Shown: in pieces, positions 1 through 11,254 of the stretch
How the letters are laid out: each line of letters opens with the position of its first letter
Position numbering within the stretch: the stretch's first letter is position 1
DNA from: Octopus sinensis
Taxonomy: Eukaryota
Assembly (NCBI RefSeq): GCF_006345805.1
Contig: NC_043002.1
Location: 118,358,001 to 118,422,000 of the forward strand
Length of the DNA stretch: 64,000 nucleotides
Direction of reading: 5' to 3'
Program-made: the position numbers and the translations under genes
Notes under the pieces: model-generated
Seen by the model: the letters and a program-made list of their open reading frames with translations, nothing else
Databases searched by the model: none
Told to the model about the DNA's origin: nothing

Positions 1-7
1 AAATTCA

Positions 8-59
8 ACAAAATCTGTTACTCTGAGTTTCTCGTTGCCGTTCATCAGACAGTTTTTGC
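8..59 (-). ncRNA. Minimal type I hammerhead ribozyme motif (inverted copy)
   Basis: Exact reverse complement of 1464..1515; GTA triplet at 21-19. Confidence 0.75.
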
Positions 60-247
60 TAGAATGGAACTTATATATTAATTCAATCTATACTCTTACA
101 AACGCTACACCTTTAAAAAGAAATGGACTTGTTTGATTGGCCCTTTAGAAAAAACGGTCAATCTTCGAGCGATAAACAAAAAGGTCAAAAATATATGTAT
201 ATATATATAAAAAAACTTATAAAAATTATAAAATCCGAGGAAAAAAC

Positions 248-463
248 CCACCTTTCAATGTGACATGGAGCATTCTGGACAGGGCGGCACCATACAGGCA
301 TGGAGCTTACAAATATAATTTCAAGTGCAGACTTTGCCTATTAGAAAAAATGCACATCTTATTCAAAGACAATAATTCTTTGAATCAAAGAAGTGAGTTA
401 ATGAACTTATGTAGGCACGCGGCTAAATTTAAAATGTCGAATATAAATATACCATATGGATAG
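248..463 (+). pseudogene. 5'-truncated GIY-YIG endonuclease C-terminal fragment of a Penelope-like element
   Basis: Open frame with CxLCLxEK and LNxRSExxxxCRH motifs; no true start codon; directly abuts the inverted arm. Confidence 0.75.
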
Positions 464-1463
464 AGTATATATTTTGTATTTTTGATTTTGATTTTGATTT
501 TGACTCTTGAGCGCTACGACGGATTTATAGCAAAGTCTTATGTTTCTACATATATATTAGGAAAAACCTACAAACTTTGTTTTCATGTTATTGTATTGCA
601 TAGGATTACCTGATTATTTATATTACCTGATTATTTATAAATGACCCAAAATAGGATGTTATATTTTATTTTATATGTCTTTCGTATATATTTTTATTAA
701 TGCACCCATTTTTTAAAAGCAATGTTTTTTTAAAAAAAAGCAATGTTGTCAAAATTAGAATGTTTATATAAGTTTGTGTATAGCAAAGCATATGTATTTG
801 TAAGCATGCGTATCTGTGTATGTGTAAGTGAAAGTATGCTTGTGCTTAAGCACACATATACACGACGGTATGTATATGTATCAATTCAAACTTGTGTATG
901 TATACTGGTCTCTATAGATGCCAATAACATCGTTACAAGTTTTTTCCCCACCCCTCCTTCGTTCCTTTTTCTCTCTTTCCCTTTCTTTCGTTCCCCCTCC
1001 TTGCTCAGTATATGAGAATTGCTACATAGATGAATTTTAGCTTGTGTGTGAGACGGTTTGCGTGAATATATGTACACATGCTTTTATGTGTATAATTTAG
1101 ATTCATATTCATACGTCTGTATATGTATGTATGGCGTTTACGCGCATCCTTTTGTGTATGTTGATATATATATGTAGATTTTAATATAAATATGTATTGC
1201 AGTATTTATAACAGGTTTAATTTCTATGCATTAATTTGTACTGTCTTCATTAACGGCAATAGGTTTTTTCCTCGGTTTTTTCCTCGGATTTTATAATTTT
1301 TATAAGTTTTTTTTATATATATATACATATATTTTTGACCTTTTTGTTTATCGCTCGAAGATTGACTGTTTTTTCTAAAGGGCCAATCAAACAAGTCCAT
1401 TTCTTTTTAAAGGTGTAGCGTTTGTAAGAGTATAGATTGAATTAATATATAAGTTCCATTCTA

Positions 1464-1515
1464 GCAAAAACTGTCTGATGAACGGCAACGAGAAACTCAG
1501 AGTAACAGATTTTGT
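1464..1515 (+). ncRNA. Minimal type I hammerhead ribozyme motif
   Basis: Stem I GCAAAAACTGT(1464-74) pairs with ACAGATTTTGT(1505-15); core CTGATGA 1475-81; CG-GCAA-CG mini stem II; GAAA 1492-95; short palindrome-like stem III CTCAGAG; GTA cleavage triplet 1502-04. Confidence 0.75.
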
Positions 1516-1541
1516 TGAATTTTCTGCTGCTTAAAATAAAG

Positions 1542-1694
<153 letters not shown>

Positions 1695-1731
1695 CTATGT
1701 ATGTATGTCTGTATGTATATATGTATAAATG

Positions 1732-1973
1732 TTAAAAGTTTTTGTCTTGCAAGTACTTGGTGACCCTGTCGGTGCAGGTGCCACTTAAAAGCACTCAGTC
1801 CACACTGTAAAGTGGTTGGTGTTAGGAAGGACATCCAGCTGTAAAAATCCTGTCAAAACAGTCACAGAAGTCTGGTGCAGGCTTTGGCCTGGCCAGCTCT
1901 TGTGGTACCATCCCACCTGTGCTAGCATGGAACATGGACATTGAATGATGATGATGATGATGATGATGATGTT
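1732..1973 (+). mobile_element. RTE-LINE 3' UTR-derived / SINE fragment with (GAT)n tail
   Basis: Shares GTTAGGAAGG..CATCCAGC..GCTAGCATGG..(GAT)n with the 3' end of the RTE at 13990-14143. Confidence 0.7.
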
Positions 1974-2630
1974 AGTATGTTATGTAGACTTATGTATACA
2001 AATATACATAAGTCTACCTAACTTACTAACGAGCTAATCTCTAACTCCATGATTCCAATTCCATTCTAATTGTGATGCACTGAACTATTAGTCAGATAAA
2101 AAGCTCCATTATTTCAGAAATAATTAAATATAAGATCATTAAAAACATTAACATAAACTAAAGCAACAAAAGAAACAAAATAACTAGACCCAGTTTCATA
2201 CCAGTCAATAAGAGAACACTAAAAATGATAGGACAACAAATGGTGATACAAGCAATATTATGAACATACTCAAATTGAACCTTAAAATATATGAGTGTGT
2301 AAGCAACTTCACACACATCACAGCAATAACAGCCTTATTCTAAATGGACATAGACATCCTATCATCTGCTGCCCTATTGGAAATCATTATAGTTTCAACA
2401 CTTAGCAGTATGATTCAATTCAATGTGACCACAGTGCCACAAAACTATTTAAATACTGTCCTGGATTTACAAGAAGTAAAAAAAAAAAAATTACATGTTT
2501 GTACATATCTTTTATCTTTTATCTGCGTCAGTCATTAGACTGCAGCCATTTAATTTTTAGTCGAATGAATCAATCCCAGAACTTATTATTTAAGTCCAGT
2601 ACGTATTCTATCAGTTTCTTTTGCTTCTTT

Positions 2631-2769
2631 CAGTTTCTCTTTTCCAAATCCACTCACAAGACTTTGGTTGGCCTGAGGTTATAGTAGAAGACACTTGCCC
2701 AAAGTGCCACGCAGTGGGACTGAACCCAGAACCATGTGGTTGAGAAGCAAGATTCTTACCACACAGCTA
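2631..2769 (-). mobile_element. tRNA-derived SINE, family A, 5' part
   Basis: GTGTGGTAAG A-box-like and GGTTCAGTCCC B-box-like head; homologous to 6018-6181 and 45806-45968. Confidence 0.75.
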
Positions 2770-2814
2770 TTACAGCACCTTGCATCTTTCTAACCAACAA
2801 TGATATCAAATATT

Positions 2815-3030
2815 AGTTTCAAATTTTGGCATGAGGCCAGCAATTTCAGGGGAGGGGATAAGTTGATTACATCGACCCCATTGCTGAACTGGTACTTATT
2901 TTATCAACCCCAAAAAAGGATGAAAGGTAAAGCTGACGTCGGTGGAATTTGAACTCAGAACTTCAAGTCAGAAGAAATACTGTAAAGCATTTTTCCTGAT
3001 GCACTGACAATTCTGCCAGCTTGCTGCCCT
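2815..3030 (-). mobile_element. tRNA-derived SINE, family B
   Basis: GGCAG..AGCTGGCAGAAT head and GAGTTCAAATTCC B-box; homologous to 36603-36810, 44345-44545 and 48620-48810. Confidence 0.7.
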
Positions 3031-4614
3031 CTCAACGACATTAAATATTAAACTTATATACAATCTAGCTGGAACCAAAGAGATACTATAAAAACTCATT
3101 ACAATAACTGAAATTAAAAGGACTTACAACCATTAGACTAGTGCTTAAAAAACTCTATTAAATAAAAGGAATTAAAAAAAACTATTACAGATTAAATTTA
3201 TGTGTTAATGACTACTAAAACAGACTATAAAGGAAAGGTATGCTACACAACTGTAGCTAAATGACAAACCAATTAAATTACAATCAATTCATAGAAAAAT
3301 TACAAACCATAATTATACCAATTTGTTAAAATACTAGTTGCATTTATTAATGACAATAGCATAGTAAACGACCATAATCTTTCTGGAAAAAATTAAAACT
3401 CATTATGATGAAAGAAATCAAAAGGTTAAACAAATATTCAACTTGCACATGAATCTAAACAGCAAAAATAAACATAAATGAATGAATCCATTTTAAACTT
3501 CTGCATTAATGACTACTAAAATAGACTTAAATAATGATAAAAATGTTACAGTAGAGTTAATTAACTCTCAACTTCCTGTATGATAACAGCACAAGAATCA
3601 TACTAACCTTGTTTACATTCATTTTGAAGGAAGTGAGGAATTCTCTAAGGAAGAAAACTCTAATCTCTTCTATCATTTAATTCTGCTCAGTTATAGAATC
3701 ATTATAGGGTGGGGAGTGGACTTATAACTTTGAAAATTTTCAACAGGAAGTAAGAGTTCAACAATAAACCAAATAAAATTCCAATGTCAAGAAAAACTAC
3801 GAACAACTAGTTAACCTGTATGTTGCATGCATTTGTCAGATTGTCTCAAAAGTCAACGTTTCATCCCAACAGTCTTGATCAAAAAGGTTAAAATCAGCTT
3901 TACCAAATAAATACTCTGAACACCACCAATACACTTCTGCTGTTAACACAGTAAGGTGAAAAACATTTATTAATGGATAAAAATTACATAATACTACACT
4001 AGAAGTTTAATGTTAAATTGTTGGCTTGAAATATATCTATGTGTGTGTGTGTGTATATATATATATCTCTTATTATAAAAGGCAGATTTTATCTGCCTCC
4101 CTTTGTAACTTATAGAAATCTACAATATAGGATTTCTTCAATTACAATTTACCTAGCATTTTTAAGAGTAGAATGCATCGGGTCATGCCAGGTCCAGTTT
4201 TTAAAATTTAAACTCCAATTAAGCAAAATTTACAGAAAACTCACATTCTGGTGTGTATGTCAAATGCTTTTCTTAATGTGGTTTACACCACACGCACACG
4301 CACACACACAGTGTGCAACGAATAAAATGAAAGTAAATAGCGACAGAGTGATTTGAGGAAGACTAAACTGAAAGTATTTAAACTACTACTCAAAAAATAA
4401 AAAAACACAGCAAACAGAAACAAATAAATACATAACGATTTACTCCTCACACAATTTCTTCAATTAGAGTTTACCTAAGATTTTTCAAAGTACTCCATTC
4501 GGTCATGCCATAATATATTTCTTTCAATTTCACCCCCAATTAAGACAAAATTCGAGAAAACTCAATATTTTAACATTTCACTCCGAAAGCATTGATGTAC
4601 ATGTGTGCGTGCAT

Positions 4615-4655
<41 letters not shown>

Positions 4656-5429
4656 ATGGGTTGTGCGACACAGAAAGTGTGGTGTGTAAGTGAAGTGCTT
4701 TTGTTAGTGTGTGTAAAGAGACAGACAGAGTGAAAGACAGAAATAACTGAACTTTTTTTATTCACTTTTTGTAGTGAGTGACTGAGAGAGAAAAGAGAGA
4801 GAGAGGTTATGTATGTATATATGTATGTATGGCTTCAGTGACACACACACACAAAAAACATACCTACGTACACCTAAAGCACGCACACACACACACACAA
4901 GCGGAGCGCGAACTTCAAAATTTTGGTAGTATTAATTTGCGAGCGTACTTCTAAGCGCGCGTAATTGAAAGTTTTCACTATGATATCATCACGTGCGAAA
5001 AAATTCGAAGGGTTTTGAACAATTGAGATACAGATGTCACGCCTGTATTGAAACCATTGCTAAGCTGCCGTAATTGCTTAATTAAGACTTTGTTTAAATT
5101 GAAAGGGGCAAATATGTGACGAGGTTGAAAAAAAATACCCCAGAAAAAAAAATGTACTGCTGGTATTTATATAATTCACTACTATTTTGCTACAATGTCA
5201 TGAAAAAGAAAAAATTTAGGTATGTAAATCGAATTCGCCACCCCCTTTTCCCCGTTCGCGTTTGTGTAAAAAAATTATTATTTAAGTTTTTAAAATTATT
5301 TACTTTGTTCAAAAAATATTAATATTAATTAATTTTCAAGAATTATTTAATTTTATTCTGTAAAATAGTAATTAATTCATTTATCTGTAAATCCGCGAGG
5401 TTGTTACTCAGGCACCTAGAATGGTAACC

Positions 5430-5632
5430 TTCAACTAACACTATCTCCTCCGAGACCCTGCGGCGCAAGTTGACCAAAATTGAAAATCCCTATTTTTTAC
5501 GATTTTTTCACTGCTGTGTCGACACTTTTCGGTGTATTTCGACCAGAAAAATGTTTACAAAATTTTTACTTTTCAAAATTACAATTCCAGCGGGTCAAAA
5601 CAAACCCGAGCAACGCCGGGCGATACTGCTAG
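5430..5632 (+). mobile_element. Helitron 3' end (5' boundary uncertain)
   Basis: CCCG-N8-CGGG hairpin followed by CTAG|T; terminal 33 nt identical to 50607-50639. Confidence 0.65.
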
Positions 5633-5767
5633 TATATATATATATGGATACACATATTCATGTATACACATGTATGTATATGTGCATATGACTACACACA
5701 CATGCATACATGCATACACATATGTATGTATCTATGTATCTATCTATCTATATATATATATATATAT

Positions 5768-6181
5768 ACTCTTTACTCTTTTACTTGTTTCAGTCATTTT
5801 TGACTGCGGCCATGCTGGAGCACCGCCTTTAGTCGAGCAACTCGACCCAGGGACTTATTCTTTGTAAGCCCAGTACTTATTCTATCGGTCTCTTTTGCCG
5901 AACCACTAAGTGACGGGGACGTAAACACACCAGCATCGGTTGTCAAGCAATGCTAGGGGGACAAACACAGACACACAAACACACATACACATACACATAC
6001 ATATATATACATATATACGACAGGCTTCTTTCAGTTTCCGTCTACCATATCCACTCACAAGGCATTGGTCGGCCCGGGGCTATAGCAGAAAACACTTGCC
6101 CAAGATGCTACGCAGTGGGACTGAACCCGGAACCATGTGGTTGGTTAGCAAGCTACTTACCACACAGCCACCCCTGTGCCT
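5768..6181 (-). mobile_element. tRNA-derived SINE, family A, near full length (head, CA/TA spacer, tail)
   Basis: Collinear with 45584-45968 and 26446-26728. Confidence 0.85.
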
Positions 6182-6559
6182 TATATATATATATTTATAA
6201 AACAAATGAAAGACAGAAGATGGAATATACGAGAATTTATTATTAATTACGAGAATTGTTTTGGCACATCTAGCATTGATTCCTCTTGTGTTGTATCTTG
6301 GCAGGGTCAGAATGCCAATAGTAAACACACACACACACACACTAGTTTTATTTTGCTATTATCAATAGGCAACTAGTTAACCATTTAAACAATTAACTAA
6401 TCAACTGATTCATTTATATCATCCAATCAATCAATCAGTTAGGTTCATCAATGTCCTAGTCATTGCTAGTCATTGCTATTCTTGACCCCATCAACGACAT
6501 GCCCTCTCTACACCAGGTCTTCTTCATATCTGTCTGTCTCTAAATTCATAGGTTATATT

Positions 6560-7445
6560 CATATGGATGTAAATTGTACCAGTAAACTCAGTAATGGGAT
6601 ACTTGGAACAAATCTGTACCAAAAAGTAGTGGAAAATTATTTTAGATTTTAGAAGATATATAGAGAACTTAGAGAAGAGATTTCTTGTCAACTGTTTTCG
6701 AATTTGGATAAATCTTAGACACCTTAGAAGAATTCACAATTTACACCAAGCCCTGAAATTTGCATCACAAAAATTACCATTTATTGACAAATTTAACACA
6801 ACACTACAAAAGATAATTATTATAAAGTGAGAGACACACACCAGTACCTGAGCTTCAAATCAGTATAATAAAGCATAACATCCTATGCACTCTAACCAGG
6901 AATATTTGTACCACTGTTGATGATGTAAATACCAGAGAAAAATAACTTTCCAAACTCCAGGGATTTTGATTCAAACAAAAATAACCACCCTTATTGCACA
7001 AAATGGTATTGGTCATGCAAAACAAATTTCCACAGAAGAACTTCAAGTAAGTCGAGAAAATGGAACACAAAACAGGATATGTTTTATCATGACCTACAAT
7101 TCATATAATATTTTTAATGTGATCAAATGAAATTTGTCTATCATTAGATAACATGATAAATTAAAGAATTTAATTCAAAACAAATAACAACATAAAAGTG
7201 GAAGTAATTATTGACAAGGGTAAAGTTTGATCTAAATAATAGTGACATAAACTTTACAGTATCAAAGTGTAATGACAAGTATTGTTGTACGTGTTGATTT
7301 TTAGATGCTGATCATTATATGAATGCACAAACTGGGAAACAAATATTTACAAATGCAAATATCAACAGTAAGAGCAGAAACCATACATACTGTATAAAAT
7401 ATATGAATTGCAAAAAAATGTATATTGGCCAGCCTGGAAATCCAC
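6560..7445 (+). mobile_element. Degenerate Penelope-like element: RT C-terminus plus GIY-YIG N-terminus
   Basis: Frameshifted peptides KLPFID, YYKVRDTHQYLSFKS, KHNI..LTRNICTTVD and TYCIKYMNCKKMYIGQ (GIY-YIG first half); interrupted at about 7450 by a SINE. Confidence 0.65.
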
Positions 7446-7449
7446 CCCC

Positions 7450-7469
7450 ACCACCATCATCCCCATCAC

Positions 7470-7503
<34 letters not shown>

Positions 7504-7750
7504 GTTTAACGTCCGTTTTCCATATTGGCATGGGTTGGATTGCTTGACTGGGGTCTGGGAAGCCAGGAGGCTGCACCAGGCTCCAATCTGATCTGGCAGT
7601 GTTTCTACAGCTGGATGCCCTTCCTAACGCCAACCACTCCAAGAGTGTAGTGGGTGCTTTTTATGTGTTACTGGCACGGGGAGCCAGTCAGGCAGCACTG
7701 GCAATGACCCACACATGCACGGTGCTTATTGCGTGCCACCAGCATGGGAG
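7450..7750 (-). mobile_element. RTE 3'-end-derived SINE/LINE fragment with (CAT)n
   Basis: Collinear with 29746-29960. Confidence 0.75.
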
Positions 7751-8499
7751 AATGCATGCATAAAAGTTTTAGATTGTGAAAAGAATGAGAGTCCTAAATG
7801 CTAACATGAGAACGAGGTGCAACATCTTACAATCAGAAAAATAGATGACTAATAACTGTTAAGCCATTGATAATGAAATCACACCTTTAAACAGCCTTAG
7901 TAAAAAACCATAAAACCCACAAGATTATATTGTTGGACTATTTACCCATCCTGATGCAGTGTTAACAATACCAGTATGACAGAATATACTTTCTTTCACA
8001 AACCTTTACACCTAATGATAGAGATATCAGTAGGTCTGTGTGACAGCACAGAAGGCCTCCTCAATAAAATTGATAATTGTACCTGCAAATATGACCTCAT
8101 CAGTCAGTATGGATGTAGTTTTACTGCATTCATCTGTTGATAAAGGACTTGCGACTGAAAAATGTGTGGAACTGATTTGTGTGAGATAACATTTCATAAT
8201 GCTTGTTCTTCGTTCTTATATGCAGTGAAAAAATATCCTAGCTAAACATAAAATGTCACTATTGACAGGACACCCAAACCATACACACTCCACTTGCATT
8301 ACAGAAAATTAATAAAGTTATCAGTAATCAAGCAAAACCTTGCAATATCAGAAACAGCTGAATGGACATTTTAATAGCAGAACAGTGAAAAGACATTTAG
8401 TATTTTATGTTTCAAAAACAGTTGTCAAGGGCAACACTGCTCACTCCAGATAATGGAAATGGGGCTAGAAAAGGTGTTCTAAACCAGGCCTAACTCACT

Positions 8500-9300
8500 C
8501 AACTTTGATTAGTTTATTGCGACTGATGAGGGTACCAGCTTAACGATCAGAAGAAGAGAAATTATTGAGATGTAGATATAGTCACACTTAGTGAGATTTG
8601 ACTTACTAAAGAGAAGCAGCTGAAAGAAGTAAGCACAGGTGTAAAGAAAAGTTTTAGGGTAAGTGATGTTGGGTTTACTACAAAAAGTTTTCTTGCTTGT
8701 CAACTGGAATGTACCTTCAAGAAAGTAAATCATAGAATTTCACTTGAATGGAGGAATAAATATACTACATTTACAAGTATGTATGCTCCCACCATGACCA
8801 ATTCCAGTGAAATAGAAGATAAGTTTTACCATGACTCCCAATTCTTGCTTTAAGGCATGTTAACTTCAGGCTGTCTATATTTACTTGACGACTTTAATAT
8901 CAGAGTGGAGTCAAGCAAATTTTGGAAAACTGTGGTAGAGGTGAGACAAACCAGCTGTTCCTATTGATACCAGAATTTAAGTTTACAATATTATTATCCT
9001 TCCAACTCTCCTCTATGGCAATGGGACTTGGAGAGCGTACCATTCTTCTTTTGTGAACAGGAAGATGAAGTGTGCAAGGTTGGTGCATCTTGTAAAAGAT
9101 TAATAAATTCACTAAAAGCAATCTTAAAAGGGCTCAAGATTGACCGAAGTTCAATGAAGGATATTGCTAAAGACAGACTTGCTTGGAAGTAAACTAGCAC
9201 TAAGGACTCTCAGCTGTTTTCCTCTTCACAAATCTGTATAGCAGTGAAAAGGAAAGCTTGCAAATCCCACTCTTACAGTCCTGGTGTAAGTGAACATTAG
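8500..9300 (+). mobile_element. Internally deleted RTE (BovB-like) LINE
   Basis: APE motifs YAPTMTNSSEIEDKFY and LLDDFNIRV joined to the C-terminal ILPTLLYG and SLKAILK...KDRLAWK. Confidence 0.6.
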
Positions 9301-9416
9301 TGTGAGATCCATGGCCAATATTTATCTCTCAGAATAGAATTAAAGCTTATCAGCAACAGGAGAATCCATAAATAAGTAATCTCATTTCTGCTTTTGAATA
9401 TCTGTCTGTCCACCCA

Positions 9417-9422
<6 letters not shown>

Positions 9423-9510
<88 letters not shown>
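9423..9510. repeat. (CT)n microsatellite followed by (TG)n-rich low complexity to about 9800
   Basis: Read directly. Confidence 0.98.
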
Positions 9511-11254
9511 CCTCTCACTCTCCCCCTCCCCCTCTCTCCCTCCCACTCTCTCTCTTTGCAGCTGTCAGGTTGTTGTCAAATTTGTCAAACAAGCTATCAT
9601 TTTGTTTTTCTGTGTGCGTGTGCTTGTGTGCACACGTGTATGTGTGCAAGCGTGTTTGTGTGTGTGTGAGTATGTGTGTGTATACACACATACTTATCGC
9701 TTATGGCTATGTGTGAGTGTGTGCTTGTGTATTTGTATGAATATGTGTGTGTGAGAGTGTGTATGCGCATATGTGTGTCTGTGTGAGTGTGTACACGTGC
9801 ACATGCTTAAAATAAGCTAAAATGTTGTTTGAAAGTTAAAATGAATAAAATAACAGCTTGTTTTGATTTGCTTTTTAATTAGCAGATGATATTATACCTA
9901 TTAATACAATTAGAGAAATTACAATTTATGAATATTTTGTTTTCTTCTTCTAAATTATAATTTTTTTAATACTTCCTTTCATTTTGAAATATATCATGAA
10001 AAACATTCTTTCAGATAATTTAAAATTATTACCCAAGATTAAAGAAACTATGTGAATCACGTGTGCAAAAACTAAATAAATAATGAGAACCACATGTGCA
10101 AAACTTAGCATATAAATAGTAACTGATCAATCACAAAATCCTAATAAAATGATTGAAAAGAATTAACTCTAATAAGGTTAGGCAACTTAGTGCTATGATG
10201 CAAGAAGCTTATAATCTTGAGATAATAGTACTTTTCAGTATGCAGGTAGGTACTTAAAATTACTTGAAATATTAGTGAACATATAAAAATCCTCTCATTA
10301 GCTAGACAGCTACTGTTTGATTGAATATAGGGTTGTAATTGTTGTAATTGTAAGTATCTGAGTTGACATTAGCTATTTTAGTTTAGGACAACTGTTTAAG
10401 TAAATTAAAACTGTAAAAATAGAACATTTTCACTGAATTGTAAATTTTCTGTGATTGAAACTGCGTACAGAGAGCTATATATGTTTCTTTGATATAAAAA
10501 TCAAAGCTGGTATAACTAGTGTATCCTCAAGTGGGATTGTGGGACTACTCAAAAGCCTAAGGTAGGATAGGAATAAAGCTAATTATTCAGTAAAACAGGT
10601 TATGTTTTGGCAGTGCGGTGTTATGTCTGATAACCTGACATGATACCACTATTGTTAACAGATAAAAATAAAAAAAATGCAAAAGAATGTGCTAAAAGAG
10701 GCTAAACATAGCCTGATATGATAGGTCATGTATAAAATAGAAAGTTGTTAAATGTCATGAAATTAATTTTTAAAAACTTTTGATGTAATTTGTTAGCAAA
10801 AATAGTAAAAGTAGCAATATTAGAGGAAACAAACAGCAAAAGGAATGAAATGAGGATGTAACTTTGCAGACACATTCAAATTATATCAGTTTGAGTAGAG
10901 AGAAAAAACATGAACATGCATCATGGAAATAATTAGCTTTCTTTTGTTGTCGCTTTTTCACTGTTTTATTTACCAGACATTATCAAAATGAACGATAACT
11001 GCTGCTTGATTTTACAGAGTTGTTTGAAATTTTATAGGATTCCTTTTCAAATTATAATTTTTCTGATGCATTGATGGTGCTTCTTCATTTCCAGGGCTCT
11101 GTGAAAGTGAAGCATAATTTAGGAGAGGCATAATCTTATGGAAGTAAAATCTTTAATCCATAAGCCTAAATCCCTTGTTAATTGCTCAAACACTTTTCAA
11201 TTAATATTTGACAGCACTACTTATCTGATTGCATAAGCAAGCAAGTATCTATTT

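Larger units (their letters stand above)
1..1541 (+). mobile_element. Penelope-like retroelement remnant: inverted repeat arm, GIY-YIG C-terminus, 3' pLTR-like arm; left end lies outside the window
   Basis: 248..463 reads PFNVTWSILDRAAPY...CRLCLLEK...LNQRSELMNLCRH, typical of a PLE GIY-YIG C-terminus; near-perfect inverted repeat 1..248 vs 1274..1522; ends in ...AAATAAAG followed by (TA)n. Confidence 0.8.

Noticed and set aside
4880-5470. CpG-richer region as a definite promoter
   Set aside because: It cannot be separated from the upstream part of the Helitron ending at 5632; kept only as a hypothesis
7990-8200. 56-codon minus ORF (MKCYLTQISSTHFSVASPLSTDEC...)
   Set aside because: No recognisable family or splice signals; possibly LINE debris
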